Origin: Candidatus Limnocylindria bacterium
GTDB lineage: Bacteria > Chloroflexota > Limnocylindria > QHBO01
Direction of reading: 5' to 3'
Length of the DNA: 64,000 bases
Assembly: GCA_038250515.1 (NCBI GenBank)
Contig: JBBSCG010000004.1
Coordinates: 5,108 to 69,107, forward strand
The notes beneath the pieces are model-generated. The model saw only the letters and a list, made by a program, of their open reading frames with translations, did not search any database and was not told the origin of the DNA. Shown one piece after another: positions 7,153-17,765 of the stretch. The translations under genes were made by a program, and so were the position numbers. The number at the start of each line of letters is the position of its first letter. Position 1 is the stretch's first letter.

Positions 7153-9815
7153 CCATTCTCGATCAGCTGCTCACGGCGTCGCGGGCTCGTGCGCGGCACG
7201 ACGCACGGATCGTGCCGTTCCGCGAGCTGCGCCACGAGGTCAACGCCCTTCCGCCGGCGCGACGCTTTGAGGCGGCACTGCGCTACGGCAATCGGCTGGG
7301 TGTCATCGCCGAGATCAAGCGCACTTCGCCGTCCGCGGGCAGCTTTGCCGCTTTCGGTGGCGTGGCACAGCTGGCGCACGGGTATTTCGAAGCCGGCGCG
7401 GCTGCGCTTTCGATCCTGACCGAGCCGACGCACTTCGGCGGCAGCGACGAGGACCTGCGGGCGGCGTCAGGCATCGGTCTGCCGGTCCTGCGGAAGGATT
7501 TCACGACGAATGCCTACCAGGTCTTCCAGGCGCGAGCCATCGGGGCCGATGCGGTCCTGCTGATCGCGCGCGCCCTGCCGGGCGACGCGCTGCGCCAGCT
7601 GCTCGAAGCGGCCGCCGAGGCCGGCCTGGACGGCCTGGTCGAGGTGCACGACCAGGCCGAGCTGGAGCGGGCGCTCGAAGCGGACGCGACGCTGATCGGC
7701 GTCAATGCCCGCGATCTCGCGACGCTCGAGACGGACGTGCCGCGTGCCCTTCGCCTCGTCGAGCAGGCGCAATCCTCGGGCGCCACCCTCATCGCGGAGA
7801 GTGGCCTGTCCACTGCTGATGATCTCGCGCGGGCTGGGGAGACCGGCGCACACGGCGTCCTCGTCGGCGCGAGCCTGCTGGCGTCGGCCGATCCCGCCGG
7901 CACCGCCCGGCGACTGATCGAGGTTGCGCCGCGACGTGAGGCGCCCAGCGTGCCGGAGCATCCAACACGTGCGATGGTCAAGGTCTGCGGAACGCGGACT
8001 GAGGCCGGCGTTCGCGCGGCCGTCGCCGCGGGTGCGGACTTCGTCGGGTTCGTGGTGGCGTCCGAACGGCGTCGCCGCGTCGGCGCTGAACGCGTCGCTG
8101 AGCTTGCCCGAGGGCTCAATGGCGGACCGAAGCCGGTCCTCGTCTTCCATCGGCCGACCCGTGATCAGGTCGAAGCGGCCATCACGGAGAGCGGCATCCG
8201 CAACATCCAGCTGTCCGGCTTCAGCGCGCCGCCGCCCTGGGCTGCAAACGTCGACCACGACGAGCTGATCGGCGTCCTGCACGGCGGACCGGGTGCGCGC
8301 GAGACGTTGCAGCACGCCGAAGCGTGGTATGCCGCCGGCGCGACCCGGATCCTGTTGGAGGGCGCGACTGGCGCCGAAGGCGGCGGCTCGGGCCGCACGC
8401 CGCCGCTGGAGCTCCTGCGGCGACTGAACCGCATCCTGCCTATGGGTTTGGCCGGAGGGCTGGTGCCCGCGAACGTGAGCCGCGCGACGGCCATCGCCCG
8501 GCCGGCGCTCGTCGACGCCAGCGGGGGATTGGAGCGTGACGGAGAGCCAGACCCCCAGCGGGTCACGGCCTTTGTGCGCAATGCGCGTCGCGACCCGACC
8601 GGCGCCGACCGCGTCGACGCCCGGGGCCGCTTCGGCCGCTTCGGCGGGCGCTACGTTCCCGAGACGCTCATCCCGGCACTCGACGAGCTGACCGACGCCT
8701 GGACGATCGCGCGCCGCGACCCGGCGTACACCGCCGAGCTCAGCAGCCTGCATCGCGATTTCATCGGTCGTGCCACGCCGATCTTCGAGATCCCGCCCGA
8801 CGCGCTCGCGGAGCGCGGCGGAATCGGTCAACGGGTATTCCTCAAGCGCGAGGATTTGGCGCACACCGGCGCGCACAAGATCAACAACGCCATCGGGCAG
8901 ACGCTGCTGGCCAAGCGTATGGGCAAGCCGCGGGTGATCGCCGAAACCGGTGCGGGTCAGCATGGCGTCGCGACCGCGACCGCCTGTGCGCTGCTCGGCC
9001 TGGAGTGCGTCGTCTACATGGGCACGACCGACATCGAGCGCCAGGCGCCGAATGTCCAGCGCATGCACCTGCTCGGCGCCGAGGTTCGCCCTGTCGCCAC
9101 CGGCAACGGCACGCTGCGGGACGCGCTCAATGAGGCGCTGCGCGACTGGGTTGCGAACGTCGAGACGACCTTCTACGTCCTCGGCTCAGCCGCTGGCCCG
9201 CATCCCTATCCGGACATGGTCGCCGAGCTCCAGTCCGTGATCGGCCGCGAGGCACGCGCGCAGATGCTGGAACGCCTCGGCCGGCTGCCTGACGTCGCGA
9301 TGGCCTGCGTCGGAGGTGGTAGCAATGCCATTGGCCTCTTACGGCCGTTCCTCGACACGCCGGTGCGGCTGATCGGCGTCGAGGCGGGTGGCCGCGGCGA
9401 CGCGCTCGGTGACAATGCCGCCTCGCTCGGCCTCGGCCGTCCGGGCGTGCTCCACGGCGCCTTCACGATGCTGACCCAGACCGCCGACGGGCAGGTCGTC
9501 GAGCCGCATTCGCTCTCCGCGGGCCTCGACTATCCTGGTGTCGGGCCGCAGCTGTCGGCGCTGGCGGCTTCCGGTCGCCTGCGGGTCGAGCGTGCCACGG
9601 ACGATGAAGCACTCGAGGCATTGCACTGGTTGTCGCGGCGCTGCGGGATCGTGCCGGCGCTCGAGTCGGCGCACGCCGTGGCGGCGGCTCTGCGGATGCT
9701 GCCCTCGCTGCCCGCTTCGACTGCCGTGCTCGTGAATCTTTCGGGGCGGGGCGACAAGGACCTGGCGATCGTCGAGCAGGCACTGCCCTCCGCGGTGGCT
9801 GCCGTGACTGCATGA
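7149..9815 (+). CDS. trpB: Fused indole-3-glycerol-phosphate synthase / PRA isomerase / tryptophan synthase beta (TrpC-TrpF-TrpB)
   Basis: TrpC: [26 protein letters not shown]. TrpF: VKVCG, GLAGGL, DASGGLE. TrpB: [55 protein letters not shown]. Confidence 0.92.
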   Translation: MTILDQLLTASRARARHDARIVPFRELRHEVNALPPARRFEAALRYGNRLGVIAEIKRTSPSAGSFAAFGGVAQLAHGYFEAGAAALSILTEPTHFGGSDEDLRAASGIGLPVLRKDFTTNAYQVFQARAIGADAVLLIARALPGDALRQLLEAAAEAGLDGLVEVHDQAELERALEADATLIGVNARDLATLETDVPRALRLVEQAQSSGATLIAESGLSTADDLARAGETGAHGVLVGASLLASADPAGTARRLIEVAPRREAPSVPEHPTRAMVKVCGTRTEAGVRAAVAAGADFVGFVVASERRRRVGAERVAELARGLNGGPKPVLVFHRPTRDQVEAAITESGIRNIQLSGFSAPPPWAANVDHDELIGVLHGGPGARETLQHAEAWYAAGATRILLEGATGAEGGGSGRTPPLELLRRLNRILPMGLAGGLVPANVSRATAIARPALVDASGGLERDGEPDPQRVTAFVRNARRDPTGADRVDARGRFGRFGGRYVPETLIPALDELTDAWTIARRDPAYTAELSSLHRDFIGRATPIFEIPPDALAERGGIGQRVFLKREDLAHTGAHKINNAIGQTLLAKRMGKPRVIAETGAGQHGVATATACALLGLECVVYMGTTDIERQAPNVQRMHLLGAEVRPVATGNGTLRDALNEALRDWVANVETTFYVLGSAAGPHPYPDMVAELQSVIGREARAQMLERLGRLPDVAMACVGGGSNAIGLLRPFLDTPVRLIGVEAGGRGDALGDNAASLGLGRPGVLHGAFTMLTQTADGQVVEPHSLSAGLDYPGVGPQLSALAASGRLRVERATDDEALEALHWLSRRCGIVPALESAHAVAAALRMLPSLPASTAVLVNLSGRGDKDLAIVEQALPSAVAAVTA

Positions 9816-10627
9816 GCGCTTCACGGACCGATGGCGCCGCGCGCGTGCGCGCCGCCTTCTCCTCCGCGACCGATGCCGGCCGGTCGGCCTTTGTCGCCTA
9901 CGTCATGGCCGGCTACCCGTCGGACCATGTCGGGACCGATGCGGGCGAGGCCGCACTTCGCTGCGGTGCGGACATCCTGGAGGTGGGTGTCCCGTTCAGC
10001 GACCCACTGGCCGACGGCCCGGTGATCGCCGAGGCGGGCCGCGTGGCGCTCAGCCACGGTGGCGGGTTCGATTCGGCCGTGCGCATGATCGCTTCGCTCC
10101 GCGAGCGTGGCCTGGATCAGCCGATCCTGGCGATGAGCTACCTCAACCCGTTGCTGGCGGTCGGCGCGGACGTCGCATTGCGCCGCCTCGCGGGGGCCGG
10201 TTGCGACGGCCTGATCCTGCCGGACCTTCCCGCCGGGGAGATGCCCGGATTCGAGCGCTCAGCCGCCGACCATCGGCTCGCCCTCACCTTCCTCGTCGCG
10301 CCGAATACGGCACCGGCCCGCATGGAGGCCGCGATCAACGCCTCGACCGGCTTCCTGTACGTCGTTCCGCTGCTGGGCGTGACCGGTGCCCGCGACCGCC
10401 TGGCCGATGGTGCGACCGCGTTGCTCGCCCGCGTGCATGAGGCAGCCGCCGGCCGCCTGCCGGTCGCCGCAGGCTTCGGCATCTCGACGCCGGAGCAGGC
10501 TCGCGCCCTGGCCGGCGTTGCGGATGGCATCGTGGTCGGCTCGGCGCTCGTCGCCGCCACGGGTGAAGGCGGACCTGGCGCTGTCGGCGACCTCGTCGCC
10601 CGATTATCTGGCGCAGTGCATGCGTAG
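9812..10627 (+). CDS. trpA: Tryptophan synthase alpha chain
   Basis: [33 protein letters not shown]. Confidence 0.95.
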   Translation: MSASRTDGAARVRAAFSSATDAGRSAFVAYVMAGYPSDHVGTDAGEAALRCGADILEVGVPFSDPLADGPVIAEAGRVALSHGGGFDSAVRMIASLRERGLDQPILAMSYLNPLLAVGADVALRRLAGAGCDGLILPDLPAGEMPGFERSAADHRLALTFLVAPNTAPARMEAAINASTGFLYVVPLLGVTGARDRLADGATALLARVHEAAAGRLPVAAGFGISTPEQARALAGVADGIVVGSALVAATGEGGPGAVGDLVARLSGAVHA

Positions 10628-10636
10628 TATCGCGGC

Positions 10637-11401
10637 ATGTGCTTTGAAGTAGACGCTCACCCGCCCATCGCGCCGATCCGCGGCTCGGCACTCGACTCGC
10701 GCGACCTGACGCTCACCTCCGCCGACGGCACGCAGGTCGCGGCCTTTGCGGCGCGGGCGGAGCAGCCGAGCGGCGCCGGCATCGTGATCATCCCCGACAT
10801 CCGCGGGCTGCAGCCGTATTACGAAGAGCTCGCGCTGCGCTTCGCCGGAGCCGGCGTGCACGCCATCGCCTTCGACCTGTATTCGCGCAGCGCAGGCACC
10901 GGCAAGCGTGACGGTGAATTCGATTTCATGCCGCACGTCGCACAGCTCAGCTTGGACGGCCTCAACGCGGACGTCGCCGCAGCCGCCACGTACCTTCGCT
11001 CTCCCGACGGCGGCGAGCCGCAGCGGCTCTACACCGTCGGATTTTGCGTCGGTGGGCGCATCAGCTTCCTTCAGGCGGCGACCGGCATCGGCCTCAGCGG
11101 CGTCATCGGCTTCTACGGACCGCCGGCGGGGGAGCATCGCAGCGGCCTGCCCGCTCCGACCCACGAGGCACAGCGCTTCAGCTGCCCCGTGCTCGGCCTG
11201 TTCGGCGGCGCGGACAAGTCAATCACCGCCGAGGCGCGCGACGAGTTCGACCGCTCGCTCAGCGCTGCCGGGGTGGAGCACCGCTTCGTCGTCTACGAGG
11301 GCGCGCCGCACTCGTTCTTCGACCGCAAGGCGGACGAGTACGCCGACGCATCGGCCGATGCCTGGCGTCAGATGCTCGACTTCATGCAGGTCACGGGTTA
11401 G
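10637..11401 (+). CDS. Dienelactone hydrolase family protein
   Basis: Nucleophile elbow GFCVGG, G-x-x-D acid residue, YEGAPHSF. Confidence 0.9.
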   Translation: MCFEVDAHPPIAPIRGSALDSRDLTLTSADGTQVAAFAARAEQPSGAGIVIIPDIRGLQPYYEELALRFAGAGVHAIAFDLYSRSAGTGKRDGEFDFMPHVAQLSLDGLNADVAAAATYLRSPDGGEPQRLYTVGFCVGGRISFLQAATGIGLSGVIGFYGPPAGEHRSGLPAPTHEAQRFSCPVLGLFGGADKSITAEARDEFDRSLSAAGVEHRFVVYEGAPHSFFDRKADEYADASADAWRQMLDFMQVTG

Positions 11402-11576
11402 GCCTGCGACCGGCTCCGCGGCATACCGACACCCGCGGGAGTCGGTATTTCCGGGGTCTTGGGCTCATCCTGCCGTAGCGGTTCCGGTAGGAACCGATAC
11501 ACGCCGTTTTGCGCGAAACCCCGTAGATACCGGCTCCGCGGGGAAGCGGTACGAGCCGTGGTGGCCGCGACCAACG

Positions 11577-11607
11577 AAAAACGCCGGGGGGCGGGTGCCC
11601 CCCGGCG
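11577..11607 (-). terminator. Rho-independent terminator of the FTR1 gene
   Basis: Minus strand reads CGCCGGGGGGC-ACCC-GCCCCCCGGCG-TTTTT. Confidence 0.8.
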
Positions 11608-11623
11608 CATCGGTCAAAAGGGG

Positions 11624-12499
11624 TCAGGCGCCGGCGACCTTCTGCTCGGAGCGCGATTCAACCGGACGCGACGGCATCGGTCGAAGATAGGCGGTCAGCA
11701 CCAGGGCGATGTAGCCCAGCCAGGCGACGAAGGTGATCCATTCCGGATTGGCGCTATAGCCAAAGATGGCACGCAGCATCTCGCCAAGCAGGTTGCCCTC
11801 GTGCGGCAGGACGGCGCTGATGTCGAACGCCGTGGCCGTCCCGAAGGAGATGACGCCGGCCCCGATGAACTCGTGGATGCCGTGGCTGAGCAGCCCGGCC
11901 GCGATGAATACCAGGGCGACCCCGGTCCACCCGAAGAAGCTCCGCAGGTTGATGACGCGTGCGCCTCGGTACAAGCCGTAACCGATGACCGCCGCGATGG
12001 CGAGGCCGATCACCGCGCCGAGCAATGTGCTGACGGCATTGCCGTCGGCCTGGCTCGCGGCCTGGGCCTGCGCCATGAGGAAGAGCGACGTCTCGATGCC
12101 CTCGCGGATCATCGCGGTGAAGGCCAGGATCGACAGTCCCCAGATGCTGCCCTCGACCAGATGCCGGTCGACCTTCGTGTGCAGCTCGCCCTTCACGCTC
12201 GCGGCGGTGCGCCGCATCCAGAACAGCATCCAGGTCACGACCGCCGCGGCCAGCACCATGGCGCTTCCCTCGAAAATCTGCTCAGCCGGCGCCTTCAGGC
12301 CGCCGATGGTGACGAACAGGACCACGCCAACCGCCACGCTCGCAGCGACCGCGGCAGCGGCGCCGATCCAGATCTTGCCGAAGTGGCGCGCGTTTCCGGT
12401 CTTGGCCAGGTAGGCGAGGATGATGCTTACGATGAGCGCCGCCTCGACGCCTTCGCGTAGACCGGTGAGCAGGCCGGTCGTCAGGAAACCGAAATCCAA
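11624..12499 (-). CDS. FTR1/EfeU-family iron permease
   Basis: Two RExxE motifs (REGVE, REGIE) and multiple TM helices. Confidence 0.92.
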   Translation of the reverse strand: MDFGFLTTGLLTGLREGVEAALIVSIILAYLAKTGNARHFGKIWIGAAAAVAASVAVGVVLFVTIGGLKAPAEQIFEGSAMVLAAAVVTWMLFWMRRTAASVKGELHTKVDRHLVEGSIWGLSILAFTAMIREGIETSLFLMAQAQAASQADGNAVSTLLGAVIGLAIAAVIGYGLYRGARVINLRSFFGWTGVALVFIAAGLLSHGIHEFIGAGVISFGTATAFDISAVLPHEGNLLGEMLRAIFGYSANPEWITFVAWLGYIALVLTAYLRPMPSRPVESRSEQKVAGA

Positions 12500-12555
12500 C
12501 GCGTTCTCCTGGTGCGTGGGGGCATTCGCCGCCTCTCGTCGGCGGCTCGATTGCT

Positions 12556-12591
12556 GCGAGTCAGGCTAGCCTAAGGCAATTCCTTCGTCAA
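12556..12591 (-). promoter_or_regulatory. FTR1 promoter with an overlapping DtxR/IdeR-like box
   Basis: TTGACG-N17-TAGCCT on the minus strand. TTAGGCTAGCCTGAC covers the -10 and resembles the DtxR/IdeR consensus TWAGGTWAGSCTWACCTWA. Confidence 0.65.
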
Positions 12592-12691
12592 TACGAATCA
12601 CCGGTGGCTTGGTCGGGATTGACCAATGGCTTGCGGGCCGCGTCGCATCGGTAGAATCAGGCCGTTACCACGACCTTCTCACGGAGCCTTG

Positions 12692-13888
12692 ATGATCGAC
12701 TTTTCCCTGACCGATGCCCAGCGTCAGGTGCAGCGCACCGCGCGCGCCTTCGCCGAGCGCGAGATCCTGCCACGCATCCAGGAGATGGATGCCAAGGCCG
12801 AGTACGACCGCTCCCTCTACGAGAAGATGGGCGCCGAGGGCTTCCTTGGGCTACCCATTCCCGAGCGATACGGCGGTGCGGGCATGGACTACATCGCCTT
12901 CGCGCTGCTGTGCGAGGAGATGGAACGCGCCGACACCGCCTTCCGCGTGATCCTGTCGGTCCACACCGGGCTCAACTCGCTGACGCTGCTGCAGTGGGCC
13001 AGCGAGGAGCAGAAGCAGCGGTACCTCGTGCCGCAGGCGCGGGGCGAGAAGATCGGCACGTTCGCGCTCACCGAGCCCGGCGTCGGCTCCGATGCCGGCA
13101 ACCTCGTCACCACCGCGCGGCGCGACGGCGACCGATACATCCTCAACGGTTCAAAGATCTGGATCTCATTGGCCGATGCCGCGGATCACTTTTTGACATT
13201 TGCGACGCTCGACAGGGGCGCCGGGCACAAGGGCATCGCCGCGTTCATCGTTGAGCGCGGGTTTCCGGGGTTCAGCAGCGACTCGCTGCACGGCAAGCTC
13301 GGCGTTCGGGCGGGAAACACGGGCATCGTCTACTTCTCCGACTGCGAGGTTCCGGCCGCCAACCGCGTCGGCGAGGAGGGTGAGGGCTTCACGATCGCGA
13401 TGAGCGCCATCGACCAGGGGCGCTACACCGTGGCCGCTGGATCGGTCGGACTGGCGCAGGCATGCCTGGACGCATCGGTCAAGTACGCGCACGAGCGCAA
13501 GACGTTCGGCGACGAGATCGGGCGGCACCAGCTGGTGAAGCAGATGCTGGCGAAGATGGAGCAGGGGATCGAGGCCGGCCGGCTGCTGGTCTGGAAGGCC
13601 GGCTGGAAGAAGAACCGTGGCGAGCGCAACACGCGCGAGACCTCGCTGGCGAAGTGGTTCGCCACGGACCATGCGGTGCAGTCGGCGATGGACGCGATCC
13701 AGATCCACGGCGCCTACGGCTACTCGAACGAGTACCCGGTGGAGCGCTACCTGCGCAACAGCAAGGGATCGGTGATCTACGAGGGAACCTCGCAGATCCA
13801 TACCCTGATGCAGGCCGATTACCTGCTCGGCTACCGCAAGGACCGCGAGCTGCGCATGGCCCAGCCGCCGTACGAAGGCGAGATGTAG
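12692..13888 (+). CDS. Acyl-CoA dehydrogenase
   Basis: FALTEPGVGSD, LNGSKIWIS, KLGVRA, IQIHGAYGY, IYEGTSQI. Confidence 0.93.
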   Translation: MIDFSLTDAQRQVQRTARAFAEREILPRIQEMDAKAEYDRSLYEKMGAEGFLGLPIPERYGGAGMDYIAFALLCEEMERADTAFRVILSVHTGLNSLTLLQWASEEQKQRYLVPQARGEKIGTFALTEPGVGSDAGNLVTTARRDGDRYILNGSKIWISLADAADHFLTFATLDRGAGHKGIAAFIVERGFPGFSSDSLHGKLGVRAGNTGIVYFSDCEVPAANRVGEEGEGFTIAMSAIDQGRYTVAAGSVGLAQACLDASVKYAHERKTFGDEIGRHQLVKQMLAKMEQGIEAGRLLVWKAGWKKNRGERNTRETSLAKWFATDHAVQSAMDAIQIHGAYGYSNEYPVERYLRNSKGSVIYEGTSQIHTLMQADYLLGYRKDRELRMAQPPYEGEM

Positions 13889-13935
13889 GTCCGCCGCCGT
13901 CTCGGGCCGTTGCGCGACGGGGATAGAGTGGCGGC

Positions 13936-14586
13936 GTGATCGAACCGAGCAGCGGGCGGCCGAGGACGTCGGGGCCGGGAGCTTCCCTGCTGATCGGCAT
14001 CGGAGCGTCGGCCGGGCTGCTGATCGCCTTCCTCTTCGGCTTCCAGCTTGGCCGCGGGCAGGACACGGTCCGGACGGTGGTCATCGGCAGCATCGTCCCG
14101 TCCCAAGGGACGGAACGGCCACTGTCGGCCGCCGCTGCTGGAGGCTTCATCCAGCAGCCGCAGGTCGACGACCAGCTGCAGCAGGCGTATTACACGCACC
14201 TTGGCCTCGGGTCCTGGGTCGTGTGCGCCCAGCACCCGAGGCCGTCATTGACGTGCGTTTCGATCCAACCGGTACCGCTCGACGGGCGAAGGGCGTTCGA
14301 TGCGCCGTCGACGCACTGGGCCGATGTCCACGTCGCCAGACTCGAGAAGGGAGCGCGCGTCTACCTGATCGGCAATCTCGAGCACGTGTGGTTGGGTGAC
14401 GTTCGCGCTGGCGCCGGCTTCTACGATCGGCTCCTCGGCGTCACCCTCAATGGATCGGTCCAGTACTTCGACCTGGGTGATCTCGCACCCGGCCGGTACG
14501 TTCTCCTCGACCGTTCGGAGAATGCCTTCACCGAGCGCGGCCCGGTGAGCAAGGCCGCCGGATTGGCGGTCGTGGGGCCGCCATAG
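13936..14586 (+). CDS. Hypothetical single-pass membrane protein
   Basis: N-terminal TM helix and GC3-biased ORF; TAGAGT lies just before the GTG. Confidence 0.6.
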   Translation: MIEPSSGRPRTSGPGASLLIGIGASAGLLIAFLFGFQLGRGQDTVRTVVIGSIVPSQGTERPLSAAAAGGFIQQPQVDDQLQQAYYTHLGLGSWVVCAQHPRPSLTCVSIQPVPLDGRRAFDAPSTHWADVHVARLEKGARVYLIGNLEHVWLGDVRAGAGFYDRLLGVTLNGSVQYFDLGDLAPGRYVLLDRSENAFTERGPVSKAAGLAVVGPP

Positions 14587-14628
14587 CGGCGATCGGGCCG
14601 GCTGAGGGTTCTCGGTATACTCGCCCGC

Positions 14629-15177
14629 ATGAGCCGCACGATCGAGCTGCTGACCGGGTTGATGCTCCTCGTCATCGGCGTCCTCGTGCTCGCCAGCGAC
14701 GCGCTGCACGATTGGTTTGCGAGCTTGGGCGTCAGCGACGACGTGCTTGCCTGGTGGCCGGCCCTGCTCGTCGGCCTGTCACTGTTCTTCCTCCTGCCGG
14801 CATTGGTCGGAAGGCAGCATCGACGGCTGCGCGCCGGCATGGTGATCCCCGGCGCGATCTTCGCCGGCGTGGGTGCGGCACTGCTGTACACCAGCCTCAA
14901 CGACCGATGGACCGCCTGGTCCTACCTGTGGACCACCTTCCCGTTCAGTCTCGGCCTCGGCATGTACGCAGCCGGCTGGATCGCCGACGCGCCGGCCTTC
15001 AAGTGGATCGGATCGGGCATCGCGGCGGGCTCGGTCGTGGCCTACCTGGCCTTCGCGACGGCGTTCGGTGGCGAGGCGTTCCGGCTGGTCGGAGCCCTCG
15101 GCATCATTGGGCTCGGCTTGGCACTGACCATCGGCGGCCTCGCCGAGCGGCTCAGCCGCAAGTCGCCCCTCGCCTAG
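14629..15177 (+). CDS. Integral membrane protein (LiaF/LiaI-like TM region)
   Basis: About six TM helices and a WWPALL motif. Confidence 0.65.
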   Translation: MSRTIELLTGLMLLVIGVLVLASDALHDWFASLGVSDDVLAWWPALLVGLSLFFLLPALVGRQHRRLRAGMVIPGAIFAGVGAALLYTSLNDRWTAWSYLWTTFPFSLGLGMYAAGWIADAPAFKWIGSGIAAGSVVAYLAFATAFGGEAFRLVGALGIIGLGLALTIGGLAERLSRKSPLA

Positions 15178-15183
15178 CCGGCG

Positions 15184-16491
15184 CTACTGCTGGTGCGCGT
15201 ACCAGACGTTGCCCGGCCCGGCGTAGCTGTTTCCCTCGCCCCACAGCGCATGCGTCTTGCCGTTGGCGTCGATGTCGATCTCGAAGTAGTCGCCATACGG
15301 CTGCAGATAGCCATCCTTGGGCGACCTGAGCTTGTAGCTGAAGCCTGGCCGGTACGTCGAGAGCTGAGACTCAGCGCTCCAGGTGGTCCCGCCGTTGGAC
15401 GACGTGCGGTAGTAGGTGTTCCAGCGGGCGTCCGGGTCATTGCCGCCGGCGTCGGACCCGTTGCGGTCATCCTGCCAGGCGATTCGCACGTCGCCGTGGC
15501 CTGTCGCCGCGATCGCCGGGAAGAGCTCATTCGCGTGCGCCGGTGCAGGCGAGACCTTCTTCGGCTCGGACCACTTGGCACCACCGTCCGTCGAGCGCGC
15601 GAAGAAGAGGTCGTTGGGCGCGTAGCGCCCACGGTTGGCATCCCACAGCGCGTACAGCTTCCCGTCGGCGTCGTTGGCGAGTGCTATCTGGCCACCCCAG
15701 TAGTCCCAGCCAGGGCAGCCGCACACCGGCGGCGTCTCCGAGGCGTCTACCAGGGAGGTCGTCCACGTGAGTCCACCGTCCGATGAGCTGGTGACGTACA
15801 GGTTCACCTCGCCCTTGGGCTGGCCGTAGCGCCGAACCCCGTTCCAGGCGAAATGCACGCTGCCGTCGGGGCTGACCGTTCCGCCGCTTCCCAGCGAGAG
15901 GCCGAGCTGCGACGTGTTGTTGATCGGCCGGTGGATAGTCCACGTAGCGCCCTTGTCGTGCGAGGCCGAGACGTAGATCCTCTGGCCGGCGTGATACGAC
16001 AGATAGACGTTGCCGTTGCGGGCGGCGAGGATGTCCTTGTCCGTGCCCTTCTGCAGGCTCTCCACGAGCGCCGTGGTCCACGTCTTCCCATGATTGTCGG
16101 ACCGCGCGACGTACTGGCTCGACTTGTTGCCCTGCATGTACGACGCGTATAGCGTCGTGCCGTTGGCCGGATCGACCACGATCTGTGGATCATCCTGGCG
16201 GGTCGTGGCGGGTGCCAGCGGCCGCGGATCGCCCCAGGTGGCACCGCCGTCGCGCGAGATCTGCAGCTCGGTGTGCGGGCTGGGGCAACCGGGGCAGAAG
16301 GCATCCTCGCCGTAGTGGCTCCAGACCGCGTACACGCTCCCCAGTGCATCCGTCGCGATGGCAGGTTCCCAATCGTCGCCGGCCTGGAATCCCAAGCGGG
16401 TCGGTTTGGTGAAGCTTGGAGGGGACGCCGCTCCGAGCAGGAGGACGGCGGTGGCGAGCACGGCGGGCACGGAGAGCGTTCGGCGATTCAT
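15184..16491 (-). CDS. Secreted BNR/Asp-box (sialidase-fold) beta-propeller protein
   Basis: Signal peptide and six Asp-boxes (SRDGGATW, SDNHGKTW, SHDKGATW, SSDGGLTW, STDGGAKW, SSNGGTTW). Confidence 0.85.
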   Translation of the reverse strand: MNRRTLSVPAVLATAVLLLGAASPPSFTKPTRLGFQAGDDWEPAIATDALGSVYAVWSHYGEDAFCPGCPSPHTELQISRDGGATWGDPRPLAPATTRQDDPQIVVDPANGTTLYASYMQGNKSSQYVARSDNHGKTWTTALVESLQKGTDKDILAARNGNVYLSYHAGQRIYVSASHDKGATWTIHRPINNTSQLGLSLGSGGTVSPDGSVHFAWNGVRRYGQPKGEVNLYVTSSSDGGLTWTTSLVDASETPPVCGCPGWDYWGGQIALANDADGKLYALWDANRGRYAPNDLFFARSTDGGAKWSEPKKVSPAPAHANELFPAIAATGHGDVRIAWQDDRNGSDAGGNDPDARWNTYYRTSSNGGTTWSAESQLSTYRPGFSYKLRSPKDGYLQPYGDYFEIDIDANGKTHALWGEGNSYAGPGNVWYAHQQ

Positions 16492-16542
16492 GCCGCACTC
16501 TAGGCAGCCGCGCAGCCGGACGTCAATGCGTGCGGTTCGTCG

Positions 16543-17760
16543 CTATGCCACGAACTTCAGGACGTTGACGACGTAGAACGCGTAGGCGTGCATGGCGACC
16601 CCGAACACGATGGCTGCCCGCGCGGGCAGCGAGATGCGATCGCGCCACACCAGGCCCAGCAGGAGCAGCAGCAGCGGCATCGCGTCGAGGACGAAGCGGT
16701 ATCCGAATTGGGCGAAGCCCCACGAGCCGTGCATCACGTCGGGGAGCAGCACCAGCGCGATCGCGGCGCCGAGCCCGATGGCCAGCCGTCCACGCGCGGC
16801 GACCACCCAGAACAGGAACGGGGCGGTGAAGGTCAGTGCCGTGCCGCTCCACGACGGGCGCAGGAATGGCCCCTGGTCGACCCAGTCGAAGCTCTGGAAG
16901 AAGATGGCGTACAGGTGCCGTGGAATGTGGGTCACCGAGACGATCCCGTCGCGGAACCAGGGTTCATCGGTCACCAATCCGCTGCCGGATGGGATGCGCG
17001 CGTAGCCGAAGTCTGCGGGTGAGCCGAACCGGGCGACGTTGTAGGCCGCCACCAGCAGCGCCGGGATCGCCACACCGACCAGCACGCGGAGCTGCGCCCA
17101 GGTGGGTCGATATCCGTAGAAGCCGAGCAGCACCGGAAGCGCCAGCCCCATCGGCAGGCGGCTGGCGGCGGCCAGCCCGAGCATCAGCCCGGCGACCCAC
17201 GGCCACTTCCGGCGGATCGCCAGGTTCAGCGCGACGAGCGTGAAGAAGACGCCGCACACCTGCGCGTAGTGATGCGTACCGCCCATGCCGGCGACCCACC
17301 AGTGGGTCGTGAACGCGAAGGCCACGACAAGCCACAGCCTTGGCTTGACCGATACGCCCCAGGCCGAGAGCATCGTCCAGGCAAGCGCCACATTCGCGCC
17401 GCCGAGCAGGGACGACATCACGTTGGACGGCAGCTCGGTATTCCATGGCTGCGAGCCCATGACCGCCACGATCGGCATCAGGGTGAGCGCAGGTGCCGGT
17501 GGGAAGGGGACAAGCCAGCCGGAGCCGCCGGTGGGCACCAGCTCGAGCCAGGATCGGCCGTCGATGGTGAATCGGCCGTGGAGCAATGCGTCGGCGAGCG
17601 GCACGTAGACGTCGGTGCCGCTGCTCATTGGTCCGCTGAAGAAGTAGACGACCGCGGCGACGATCGGCAGCGCGACCGGGACCAACGCCCAGCCGCGCAG
17701 TTGGCTGATCGCCAGTGCGCGGATGCGCGCCTGCCAGCTGCTGGCGGCGCTCGACTGCAT
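16543..17760 (-). CDS. Polytopic membrane protein, GT-C glycosyltransferase-like
   Basis: Many TM helices; D-x-Y..LADALLHG, YNVARFGSP and GYRF motifs. Confidence 0.6.
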   Translation of the reverse strand: MQSSAASSWQARIRALAISQLRGWALVPVALPIVAAVVYFFSGPMSSGTDVYVPLADALLHGRFTIDGRSWLELVPTGGSGWLVPFPPAPALTLMPIVAVMGSQPWNTELPSNVMSSLLGGANVALAWTMLSAWGVSVKPRLWLVVAFAFTTHWWVAGMGGTHHYAQVCGVFFTLVALNLAIRRKWPWVAGLMLGLAAASRLPMGLALPVLLGFYGYRPTWAQLRVLVGVAIPALLVAAYNVARFGSPADFGYARIPSGSGLVTDEPWFRDGIVSVTHIPRHLYAIFFQSFDWVDQGPFLRPSWSGTALTFTAPFLFWVVAARGRLAIGLGAAIALVLLPDVMHGSWGFAQFGYRFVLDAMPLLLLLLGLVWRDRISLPARAAIVFGVAMHAYAFYVVNVLKFVA

Positions 17761-17765
17761 GGCCG

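Noticed and set aside
7467-9068. Long antisense ORFs (also 17269-18795, 29455-30855, 46793-48958, 51518-53161, 62266-63561)
   Set aside because: Shadow ORFs of high-GC genes with no recognisable motifs.
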